Made by a program: the position numbers and the translations under genes. From NCBI GenBank assembly GCA_024626585.2, contig JANKJI020000004.1, positions 69,055,507-69,073,617 of the forward strand: a stretch of 18,111 nucleotides of DNA, given 5' to 3'. This stretch comes from Ginkgo biloba (Eukaryota; Plantae; Ginkgophyta). Under the pieces are notes generated by a model. The model made no database searches and was not told the DNA's origin. It saw only the letters and a program-made list of their open reading frames with translations. The first letter of the stretch is position 1; each line of letters begins with the position of its first letter. Positions 1 through 10,522 of the stretch are shown here, piece by piece.

Positions 1-90
1 GATGATGTGAATCTAGTTTCCATTCTTTGTCACATATGTTTATTAACTGTGTTCACTACAGGCAGGAGTTGATACATAACGTATTCATTA

Positions 91-103
91 TCGATTTTGA
101 CAG
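91..103 (+). other. 3' splice acceptor of the FeSOD exon
   Basis: tcgattttgacAG lies immediately before GAT GCA TTA GAA CCA (DALEP); the upstream sequence is AT-rich and has stops in this frame. Confidence 0.85.
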
Positions 104-284
104 GATGCATTAGAACCACATATGAGTCAACAGACATTGGAGTTCCATTGGGGAAAACATCATCGAGGCTATTTGGATAACTTAAACGAGCAGATTTACG
201 ATAACCAGTTACANNNNNNNNNNTCTTATCAAAGTAACATATAACAATGGGAACCCTTTGCCAGCTTTTAACAATGCTGCCCAG
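104..284 (+). CDS. FSD: Internal exon of a plant iron superoxide dismutase (FeSOD), N-terminal domain
   Basis: Translation from 104 gives [36 protein letters not shown]-[N gap 214-223][20 protein letters not shown], matching the plant FeSOD motifs [17 protein letters not shown] (containing the first metal-ligand His) and YNNG..LP.FNNAAQ. It is bounded by ttttgacAG (102-103) and GT (285-286), both phase 0, at positions where plant FSD genes have introns. No stops. The frame change across the 10-N gap is most likely a gap-size artefact. Confidence 0.93.
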
Positions 285-290
285 GTGCTT
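285..290 (+). other. 5' splice donor of the FeSOD exon
   Basis: CAG|GTgctt follows NNAAQ; homology (expected xWNHxFFW) ends here and T-rich sequence follows. Confidence 0.85.
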
Positions 291-1317
291 GCACTTTTCT
301 TTCAATTTTTTACTTTTGTGTGGCATTGATGAAGCAGACCAAACACTTTATGAACAATATTCTCCTGGCATGTTTAGTCATCATGGTAATCAATTTCCAG
401 GATTCAAAACGATGAGCAACTGGTCACATGTCCTGAAAATCCCCTGCTACTGAGGATAGAATGGAACCTGCTCCAGAAGAGGCAGAGTGGGCAGTCTAGA
501 GGACTGACTCTAGTTTCTGTAGAAGGGGTTAGAATTCTACCCATACTACCAAGACCTTGACTTTTGTCTAAGTCCTATTGGGGACGAGTGCTACTTCACT
601 TTCATATCTGCACGAGATGTGTTGACTGGCTGTTCTTTGCAAGTCAAGTGATTCCATTTCTTCCCTGTAGCCGTCAGCTGTAGACTGTTAGATCTGTGGG
701 TTTCACTTGAGACCAAGAAGACCCTTCAAGAATTGTGAAAATCATGAGCTAAAGGGGGTGGGAGAAATGGGAACCCACCTCCTGAAGAAACCATGGCCTA
801 GTTGGTGGAGTTCAAAGTTGAACCCTTCAAATTTCATCCCATTTCTCATCATTTCATTCTCGAAGAAGTTTTGTAGAAATATTTAATTCAAGTTTTCTGC
901 ATATGCATGCAGATATGGATTTGACACTAGGAAGAACAGTACTTAAGTGATGTCCTGTCTCTATATCACCTGATAGAACTGAGATGCCTTTTATCATATG
1001 TTTCTAGAGACTTCATTCAGGAATCTACTGAGCAAGTACTGTCCTTANNNNNNNNNNNNNNNNNNNNNNNNNNNNNNNNNNNNNNNNNNNNNNNNNNNNN
1101 NNNNNNNNNNNNNNNNNNNNNNNNNNNNNNNNNNNNNNNNNNNNNNNNNNNNNNNNNNNNNNNNNNNNNNNNNNNNNNNNNNNNNNNNNNNNNNNNNNNN
1201 NNNNNNNNNNNNNNNNNNNNNNNNNNNNNNNNNNNNNNNNNNNNNNNNNNNNNNNNNNNNNNNNNNNNNNNNNNNNNNNNNNNNNNNNNNNNNNNNNNNN
1301 NNNCAAGCATTAAAGAC

Positions 1318-2730
1318 TGATGTAAGTAGAATTAGGAGTTAGGGTTCATTCTAAAGCGAGAGAATGAGGAGGTGTCCCTTATGAAATGGGATTTTAGGAC
1401 TTTTTACTTAAAAAATAAGTATTTCTTTATAGTAAAGTGAATAGAAGTGTAGGACAAGTTGTAGTGATTAAGAGAACTAGAGGTAAAAAGAGTAAAGGTA
1501 GTTAACATGAAAACCCAAGGTAGTTAACTGCCAAAATTTTCTAAAAGTCTTAACCATCTCAACTATCCCAACTAACGAGAAGGTCAACAAGATGTATAAA
1601 AGAGAGAGGAAAAAAGAAAAAAGGGTTCAACAACTTTTACTGCCCGGTGAGAAAATCCCTATCTTGTGCCATTTTTTATATTTCCTTTCTTTGTGTTGTG
1701 TTTGTAACATCAGTCTCTTCATCTTATAGATTGTTACATCATTAATTTTGTTTTTAGCTTGTGTACACCTGAGTGGGTTTATCTTGATTATGTGCATGAA
1801 ATATTTTGCAACTATTTTGGTCTAAGAATTTAATTTTTCTATGTATTTATTATGATCTAATACTTGTAATCTAAACAACCTTTTTAATAAAATATACATA
1901 TGTTCATTTTTTTCAACATTCATGTGATCGAATGCTACTAGTTGTATGGTGTTATTATTTATGAACTAAACTTTCTCTAGAAGCAACGAGTGTTGATGGT
2001 TCTTGTTAGTGAAGACAATTATTGTATGTATAAAGGTTTTATTTTGAATATTCATGTTGAGCACTGTTGGCATGTTTTTGAGAATCATTCCTGAATTGTG
2101 AGATTAAATTATACCAGTGTTGTATTTCATATCTTTCTTAGCTTATGTCTTGAGAAATTGATCTAAAGGCTTTAAGCTTTGCACTATCCTTTAGATGGTT
2201 TGGATATTTTACTTTGAGTATTGTTGGAGAAATGCCTTTAAAACCATAAAGCTATAATAATCAATTGTTACATTGATTTTCCTTTGAGCATTATTAGAGG
2301 AAGGAAAATGAAACTATTTAAGAAGATTATTTAGTTAAGGGATCAGGCACTGTCAGTTCTTGAGATTTTGAGCTCCTTCCAAAGCCCACCAATAATTACC
2401 TGAGGGGCCTCATGTATAGCATTAAGAGGTATCCATAAGAGGGTGCTCAGGATTTTCTTTCTTCTCTTTTCCTCACCAATCTTTCACCTTTCTCCGTTGG
2501 CTCACTCGGTAGTGGATTATTTTAATATTTCTCTCTACTTATGTCCTTATTGGTTTTTGAATTATATCCATCTTATCATAGTCTCTGTGTATAGTGTGGA
2601 TATTTTTGTAAATATAATTTATGTTTTCCTTCTTGTATATTTATAAATAATTGATGGAACTACCCTTAATAATAGTAGAAGGATTTTAACTCCCATGTCT
2701 ACCCAATTGTATGTATTCCTCACCTTTACA
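1318..2730 (+). mobile_element. Probable solo LTR (~1.41 kb) with 5-bp target-site duplication AAGAC
   Basis: Starts TGATGTAAG (1318) and ends CTTTACA (2730); AAGAC at 1313-1317 and 2731-2735. AT-rich and non-coding, with TATAAAAG at 1595-1602 and a 12-bp repeat AAGGTAGTTAAC at 1495 and 1517. No PBS (TGG...) follows the right end. Confidence 0.65.
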
Positions 2731-3584
2731 AAGACATTCCACAAAGAGGAACTTTCTGATGGGGTTGCTTGGGCATCAACCATTGTGTGAGAAGTTGGAT
2801 TAAAAATAAGCAGAACTAGCTATTGTATGAAAAGTCTTTGTCAATAAGTCACGTGTGAGCTCTATAGGAAGTACTAAGTCTTGTGGTTTGGGCAATCAGT
2901 CTTTTTGGAGGTGATTTGTTCAATGAGTCTTGTGTGACAAAGTTTGTCTGTCAACAATTTTTGAGGGAGAAGCAAGCAAAAATATTCCTAAGGAAAACGA
3001 GTCCTTTTGCAAGTCTTGTTCACATGACTTTGGCAAAGTCTTCAAGGTTTAAAACACATTGTCGCCTACTTTAATTAAGATTTTTTTTCACATTCTAGAG
3101 GAGTTTGAAAGGATCCTGCATTCTGTCTATAAATAAGTTGTATCACATGTAGATAGGAGGAGGAAGCTTTAGCTCATGCAAAAGGTGTTTTTTGCCATTT
3201 TATAGTAAAGAGGATTACGATTAATTTGGAAGTAACGCATCCATCTTACAATACAAATGGGGTGGGGTTGAGCACATCTATAGTGCCTAGTGCTAGTCAT
3301 ACTCCATAAGAGGAAGCTCTATATACTCTTGTATGCAAAATGCTCATCTTGGCCCCAATGTTAATATAGAATCGAAAATAATAATAGTCCTGCCCCAAGG
3401 GCAATACAACTTGATCATCAATTCCCAAGGCAAAGGAATAGCAAAAGAAAAACAAACATGCATGTAACACTCAATATCAAGTCATTGCAGCTACCAAACA
3501 ACGAGTTGCATTATCATCAAGATCCCTCTTATCTCCTTATCTAGTAGAAAGAGCTACATGCTCACCGTTAGGGCCTCTCCTCAT

Positions 3585-4292
3585 GCTGTCATAATCGAAC
3601 GTGTAGCCATCTAGGAAGCCTACTCATTCATGAATATGTTCTTAAGATATAACTAGGTGCTGGTAGATCATCAGGATAGAATGAAAANNNNNNNNNNNNN
3701 NNNNNNNNNNNNNNNNNNNNNNNNNNNNNNNNNNNNNNTTTGACCATTGTGCTTGTGATTTTCTCTTAGATAATCACAATGGTATTTAGGCACTAATACA
3801 CAAGACATTGGAAATTTATTTGAACAATCAGACGATTTTTGGGTTATTGAAAGACTAAGGATGATGCTTATTTGTTGTTGTGAGGTAGACATTTTGTTGA
3901 ATCTAGTGCACCTTTCTAACACGTTTTGTTGTTTGTGGTGGTGGGTTATGGGTGGATCAAGATAAAGTAGTATTGTAGGCCTTGTATAACCCTTGACTTA
4001 GAGTGCTCTGTAGAGTCTGCTATGGCATACATGATGTTATAAGAAGTTCATTTGCATTTATGTTGCGATTTCATTGCCACTAGATAAGCTTTTGCAGAAA
4101 GGTGTTGATATGGCGTCAACAACAAAATGTGAACATGCATTTAATCAACTCAAGGCACCCATTCAAGTGCCCTTTCTCATGTTCCCAAATTGGTCCCATA
4201 TTTTTGATTTACATGTTGACACCTCCCCCATTACCATTGTCGCAAGTGCAACAACTCTTGATGAATGCAAATTGGACCATTTGATTCACTTC
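3585..4292 (+). pseudogene. Degenerate Ty3/Gypsy reverse transcriptase to RNase H fragment (non-chromovirus-like)
   Basis: With stops and frameshifts: IIERVAI*EAYSFMNMFLRYN*VLVDHQDRMK-[gap]-LTIVLVIFS*II..HKTLEIYLNNQTIFGLLKD (YLDD site reads YLNN at 3817-3828)..ERLRMML..LLNL..GLWVDQDKV..KFICIYVAISLPLDKLLQK..CEHAFNQLKA..FLMFPNWSHIFDLHVDTS..KLDHLIHF. This is colinear with Gypsy RT, thumb and the RNase H start (HVDAS, DHPIYF). Confidence 0.88.
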
Positions 4293-5775
4293 CAATTATC
4301 GAGGATTACCTCTGCTCCTCTTTTGGATTTTGACTTAAAGGAAGAACCACTCTTGCTTCGCCATTGCTAGCTTGGACCACCCTGCTTGTGACTTGTTGGA
4401 TTTCCCCCATTGCAAAGCTACACTAGAGGTNNNNNNNNNNNNNNNNNNNNNNNNNNNNNNNNNNNNTTATGTTGCTGGAAGTTTCGTGTGGACCATCATT
4501 TTTTTCTACTCCGATGAGGAAGCAAATGCTAATGTCACCAACGTACAATTTCTACATAGACTAATGAGTTACTACAAGTTGTTCCATGACACACGAAAGT
4601 GCACCTCAATGTAGTTGTAATTGGTGAAGAATGAATTTGAGAAATTATAAGGGAAGAAAGTTGCCACTAGGGACCTCTAGCCTAGGTACAAGAACCCACA
4701 GGCGAGGAGATCCAGAAAGCTATCAAAATTATTGTTGAACAAATACTAGTGGATGAAGTAGAAGTGGAAGACCAAAAACCACATCAGACAAAAGCAAAAG
4801 GGCAAGGAGGCCGATAGGTTTCTTTGATGTGCGCAACACTCCAACACTTGAAGTGAGCACAAAACAACCTCCAATTCAGGAGGCAATATCATCTACGACA
4901 GTAGTCACACCATCCTCTATCGTGTTGTAGCCACTTCAACAACCAAAATTTTGATATTAGTCCCGTTACCCCAAGCAAAATGAACAACAATCACTTTGGC
5001 CCCAGTGGGCTCCATTCTTATAATAGGATATACAAATATACCCAAGACACCATTGCAGAGTGCTAGCAGAACAACGTTGATCACATTTTCCATAACACCC
5101 TTAATTGATAAAGTTGTGCAACACTCTATAGCGGCTAGACTTCTTTGGCTTGAAGCAGAGAAGGAACAATTCAATGCTTAGGATTGCCCAACCAATGGAT
5201 ATGCATCCCACTTCCAACCGTCTTACGTAGTTGAGCGATGCGAAGACCACCTCCTTCACCACTGCGCTCACTGCTATAATCATGCTTCCTACATTTAATA
5301 CACTACCTGTTACGCTAGTTGCAGGAACTACATTTTGCAATTTTTTCTTGAATGCCCACATATTAGTAGGAATTACATGCTACATGGTGGGCAACTAACA
5401 TGTATGGACAAATGAAAGCAAATTTCATCAAAATACGACCAAGTCCACAAAGATTTCAACAACATATGGAAGATCCCATAGAGATTGTAGCATCATATGG
5501 TAGATTTCATAATGATTTTAGCAAATATGATAAATTATATGAAGATTCCATGAGATTTGAATGAGCTTATAAAAAATCCAATGCATTCAATGTAGCAATT
5601 CGTACATCCACACAGTCCATATAGTTTGTCCATATAGCCAATATGTGTAGTATGTATAGTTTGTACAAGATGATGGCAACATAGTAGTCATAATATGATG
5701 ATGAAGTGGCGGCCATTGAAGGCACATTAATACGACCATTAATGTCAAAGCATGTCATTTCATTGGAAAGAAGTA

Positions 5776-5957
5776 CATCCTTTGAATATCTAGAGAGATA
5801 ATGTTATAAATAAGAGAGAGAAAAGTGAGAATAGATTTGAGAGTTGAGTTAGAGATATAATGTAAAGGATTGCATCTTTTGAAGATTTAGAGAGAAAATG
5901 TTAGAAATAAGAGAGAGAGAAGTGAGGATAGATGCGAGAATCAAGTTAGAGACATAG
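5776..5957. repeat. Two-copy tandem duplication, period 97 bp, purine-rich
   Basis: catcctttgaatatctagagagataatgttataaataagagagag... (5776) aligns ungapped to catcttttgaagatttagagagaaaatgttagaaataagagagag... (5873), with about 14 mismatches over about 85 bp by manual count. Confidence 0.9.
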
Positions 5958-7011
5958 GCATTAATGTGAGAGAGGATTTTGTACTATGTTTTTACCATAA
6001 TTTAAGATCAATATATGAGATTGTACCCATATTCTTGTGATCAATAATAATTAACATGTATGCATGATGAATATGCATGTGTGTATAACTTCAACTGCCA
6101 TTCTAGTTGCTAACTATAGATCAAATGTGTGGGGTTCATATTTAGTCAACATTTGATTCCATTGACATTAAATGCCTACAACAATGAAACGAGCCGGGAT
6201 TTGATAGTAGGGTGGTTCTCCATACTTTCTAGGTGGAAGGTAAGTACAGACCATATGCGTCAACTCTCAAACACCCTAGCTATAGAAAATAACATGGGTT
6301 ATAAGTTTATAACTAAATCCACTAATAGCGAGGGGTTATCTTGATGTCTATGAGAGGTAAATTAGTAGTGTCTTAGGAGCCTAGAGGAGAATGTCATATG
6401 TGTTGTGATGTAACCTTTACTGTGTATAGTGTATGAAGTTGTGCGAAAGCATGTAGCAACGGTTACACATGGGTTGCTCCTTTGGTATTCTATCCACACA
6501 ACAAGTTGTCGAAGAATCTAGAAGTCTTCAATGTCTCTATCTGTACCGTGTATAGAGTAGATTCACAAAATATTCTACTCTAGACCCTCTCTATTAGTCA
6601 CCATGCCTTTTCCTGTGTGCTACACCTTTCTCCTTTGCACTATGTGTTTTCTTAACTATTACGTTGTGCCTTTCTTCTACTGCCACAGGTTTTCCTTATG
6701 GCGTTGCATATTTTTCCTAGAGCCGAAAAAGACTAAGTGGAAGCAATAGTCACATGCTTGGATGGGCATGTGACAAAGTGAGAAGTACCTGTAAGTGAAA
6801 ATAGAATTTGAATACTAATATAAGCATAATTTAAGTATATTTGTATTAATAATTATCTCTTGTAAAATCTAAGAGTAAATCTCTTACAAGTTTGTTTATG
6901 CATAAGTATTTNNNNNNNNNNNNNNNNNNNNNNNNNNNNNNNNNNNNNNNNNNNNNNNNNNNNNNNNNNNNNNNNNNNNNNNNNNNNNNNNNNNNNNNNN
7001 NNNNNNNNNNN

Positions 7012-8058
7012 CCCACATGGAAAGTGCAAAATTGGGGCATGCACAATCTTCTGTTTTAGTGTGTCAAATGCTTCTTGTTGATCAATCATCTAGTCCTATT
7101 TTGTTGCTTTCTTTAATAGATTTTCTAATGGACAAGCCGTTAAAGCATAACCTTTAATAAATTTTTGATAGTATCCTGTAATTCTCAAAAATCCTTTTAA
7201 CTATTTTGATGTTTTTGGTAAGGGATCCTTTACTTCTCAAATCTTTCTTGGGATGCAAGACGGCAAAATCAACAAGGTACTCCCAATTAGCAACAAAAAG
7301 CATGATATTGTCAAGCATCCCGTCTGGTTTCACTATGGACCGATTAGCCATTTGCAACACCATATGAGTGGGCCTCATTCGAAGGAGCTACAACGTTTTC
7401 ATTGTTTTCAAGTCATCACATTGATGGTTGGCCCAAGGTCCACCAAAATTGGAATCTTGGTATTGCCAATGCAAACCTCAACTAAAGGAGTCCCTGGATC
7501 TCCGTACTTAAAAATAGGTTCTTTTCCCAAGAGGACATCTGAAGTTGCCCCAACCACATTGATTTTGACTGAATCTTTATTCTTCTTAATCAATTTAACA
7601 CACAACTCCCTAACCTGCTTTGCNNNNNNNNNNNNNNNNNNNNNNNNNNNNNNNNNNNNNNNNNNNNNNNNNNNNNNNNNTGTCCCCAAAATTGAATTTA
7701 GTTTCCTCCTTAGATTATGGGCTCTCCATCCTCTGAGGGGAAGGGAATGATAGGTGCCTCTTTAGTAGAAGGAGCACCCTCCATTATTTCGGGTTCTGGC
7801 AGTTCTAAATAACAACTTTCTCTTTCCTCTGTGGCACTTGAAGTGTTGGACCTTCAACAACCTTGCCTGACCTTAATGAGATTTTCACACAATGCTGAGT
7901 CTCTAGAATGATCTGCTCTTCACCAAAAGTTTGCATAGGCCACTAAGGTTGATCGTACAACTCTTCTGAACAAGCATTATGCTATTGTTTGTTGATAGAA
8001 GGATTTGGAACAACCTGTGCAAGAAATATCAATTGAGGATTCTGTGATGGTGGTTGAC
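7012..8058 (-). pseudogene. Degenerate Ty3/Gypsy gag C-terminus, aspartic protease and RT thumb (RT core deleted)
   Basis: Minus strand: QPPSQNPQLIFLAQVVPNP..ISLRSGKV..PIIPFP(Q)R..KYGDPGTPLVEVCIGNTKIPILVDLGPTINVMT (catalytic D at 7438-7440)..LQMANRSIVKPDGMLDNIMLFVANWEYLVDFAVLHPK, then directly [56 protein letters not shown]. The LRSGK / PFP.R / DPG / DLG..INVM / LQ.A.RS motifs are typical of Athila-related non-chromoviruses. Confidence 0.9.
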
Positions 8059-8568
8059 NNNNNNNNNNNNNNNNNNNNNNNNNNNNNNNNNNNNNNNNNN
8101 NNNNNNNNNNNNNNNNNNNNNNNNNNNNNNNNNNNNNNNNNNNNNNNNNNNNNNNNNNGCGTTCTGAACCATGAAGGAGTTAGGTGGATGGTACCTTGTG
8201 CCAACACAGAGCGCTAGGAAATTGTCTTACTATTAGCATAGGATTTCATATTTCCTTTTTGCTTTTCTTGGTGTAATTTATTTTCTACAGTAGTGTGTGT
8301 GTAATTTTCCCTTTTCCATTGTCTAGTTGAGTAGACGCATAGTAGTCTCTCTCCCATAGATTGCTGGACAGAGAGGTAGATCATACTTCTGAGGTAAGGG
8401 ATCATGGATTCCATCTCCCGTTTTTTGTTTAAAGGAAAGCTTACCGTGGTTGATAATTGATGATCCCTTGAGAAAGTAGTCATTAGTCAAGATATTTATT
8501 CCTTTATGTCTTGATGATACTTCTCCTGTAGTCTATGTTTCTTAGTCGCTATTCTTGGAGTACATTTT

Positions 8569-9183
8569 TCACACCACCATCATCATTCCTCCTCTAACTA
8601 AACTTGATGTGATACTTGACTTGCGTCTAATTTTGCCCGTGTTTGGTGCAGTTGGAGTGACTATTGTATGTTTTTCCTCCAACAATTTTTGCAATTCTTG
8701 CTCCATCTCACTCACTTGATGCACTTTGGTAATCTGTTCGACATACCGAATTTTGTCTTCAAGTGAGATTCAATGGATCTTTTGTACTAGAGGATGTGCA
8801 AACAAACTTGCCTCTTTTAGTGTCGCCAGATTTTCCAATCCCTGTGTTAATTCGTTGGACATATGACGTTGATTCCTTAGGGTCCTCATTTTTGTTCAAT
8901 TTTATTCCCTCTTCTCCATGTGGCATTTATTAAATTCCACTTAGATTTCTCGTGTAGGTAGTTGAGTCCTAAATTCCCAGGACGATAACTTTCGTAATCT
9001 ATCAGTTGCCTGTAGTGCTTGCCGCAACCTAACCATCACCGAATTAAGTAAACTGTCACCATACTGAGGTGGAAGTCCATTAACTGGTTGTAATGTTAGA
9101 GTTAACAATGGGGAGTACTTGGTTTCATAGCTTTCTAATGATCCTCTCCCTGCTCTGCTCCATCTCCTCCCCTATTGGTACTC
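8569..9183 (-). pseudogene. Degenerate helical/coiled-coil-like ORF (likely TE accessory protein C-terminus or gag N-terminus)
   Basis: A single frame 9081->8569 (171 codons) has only four internal stops: NGLPPQYGDSLLNSVMVRLRQALQATDRLRKL..ELTQGLENLATLKEASLFAHPLVQKIH*ISLEDKIRYVEQITKVHQVSEMEQELQKLLEEK. No family recognised. Confidence 0.45.
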
Positions 9184-9779
9184 ANNNNNNNNNNNNNNNN
9201 NNNNNNNNNNNNNNNNNNNNNNNNNNNNNNNNNNNNNNNNNNNNNNNNNNNNNNNNNNNNNNNNNNNNNNNNNNNNNNNNNNNNNNNNNNNNNNNNNNNN
9301 NNNNNNNNNNNNNNNNNNNNNNNNNNNNNNNNNNNNNNNNNNNNNNNNNNNNNNNNNNNNNNNNNNNNNNNNNNNNNNNNNNNNNNNNNNNNNNNNNNNN
9401 NNNNNNNNNNNNNNNNNNNNNNNNNNNNNNNNNNNNNNNNNNNNNNNNNNNNNNNNNNNNNNNNNNNNNNNNNNNNNNNNNNNNNNNNNNNNNNNNNNNN
9501 NNNNNNNNNNNNNNNNNNNNNNNNNNNNNNNNNNNNNNNNNNNNNNNNNNNNNNNNNNNNNNNNNNNNNNNNNNNNNNNNNNNNNNNNNNNNNNNNNNNN
9601 NNNNNNNNNNNNNNNNNNNNNNNNNNNNNNNNNNNNNNNNNNNNNNNNNNNNNNNNNNNNNNNNNNNNNNNNNNNNNNNNNNNNNNNNNNNNNNNNNNNN
9701 NNNNNNNNNNNNNNNNNNNNNNNNNNNNNNNNNNNNNNNNNNNNNNNNNNNNNNNNNNNNNNNNNNNNNNNNNNNNNNC

Positions 9780-10522
9780 CTCAAGATTGATGGGATCTCG
9801 AGTAAATCTGCTATGAGGTGGTACCCATTGCATCTTAAATATATATGAAGCCCGAGTCATTACGACACTAATATTTGGCGTAGTTTGTCTAAGAGGAACA
9901 TACACCAATTATATTGTTGTCCTTCCAGTATCCCCTTTAGATACGATACTAGCCACATTGGGAGATCATTACATTGTTGTTCTCCCACTAATCTCGAACA
10001 CAATAGTGTTGTTGTCATGTGGAGTTATTCTGTCTTCAAGTTGCACACCTTAATGCCCCTATCGTCATTTCATATATCATTGGAATCATCCACCATGCAC
10101 AAGGTTCTAATCAAACTCCACTTTTGCTTTGAAGTGACTCTTGGGGGAGAGGCCTCTCCCCCATCATTTGGAAGGGCCAATGGCCGTTCAAAGTCCATTA
10201 GTTAATAGGAAATCTGTACCACCCCAAATCCACAAGACTCTTGGATGGGGGTCATAACTCCTCGCCAACTATTCTAAGACATCTAGAATTTTAACCAATA
10301 CCAAATTAATACAACTCTGTCAACCTTGGCTTGTTTCAACATTCTTTGTGTATGGTTGTCGGTGGGAAGATTGCTCCACCACTCCCCGAGTTTTGGTGAG
10401 TCCATAATGTACCATGTTATCGTATTTCGTGCAGAGTTTCCTATTTTTAATACTAGGTCTAACTTGGTCATTGTCCTTGGATACTTTTAGCTTATATCTT
10501 CCTTGACTAACAATACTACTTG
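9780..10522 (-). pseudogene. Degenerate retrotransposon accessory ORF, plant mobile domain (PMD)/putative plant transposon protein-like
   Basis: Minus strand with frameshifts: EWWSNLPTDNHTQRMLKQAKVDRVV..DVLE*LARSYDPHPRVLWIWGG..MDFERPLALPNDG..LLCSRLVGEQQCNDLPMWLVSYLKGILEGQQYNWCMFLLDKLRQIL. The YDP / LxLP..G / G..YNW...L..L pattern resembles PMD/Transposase_32-type domains. Confidence 0.6.

Noticed and set aside
30-326. 98-aa minus-strand ORF from the track
   Set aside because: It is the antisense shadow of the FeSOD exon and spans an N gap.
496-914. Short hairpins (CTAGAG..CTCTAG near 496-513; TCTGCAT..ATGCAGA near 896-913)
   Set aside because: Stems of 6-7 bp are expected by chance.
2736-3250. 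Further LTR-like stretch with TATAAAT and a TTACA end (similarly 5960-6900)
   Set aside because: No paired terminus, TSD, PBS or PPT could be established.
9093-9908. Long ORFs at 9093-9908 (and likewise 998-1342) in the track
   Set aside because: They consist mostly of N runs and are assembly-gap artefacts.
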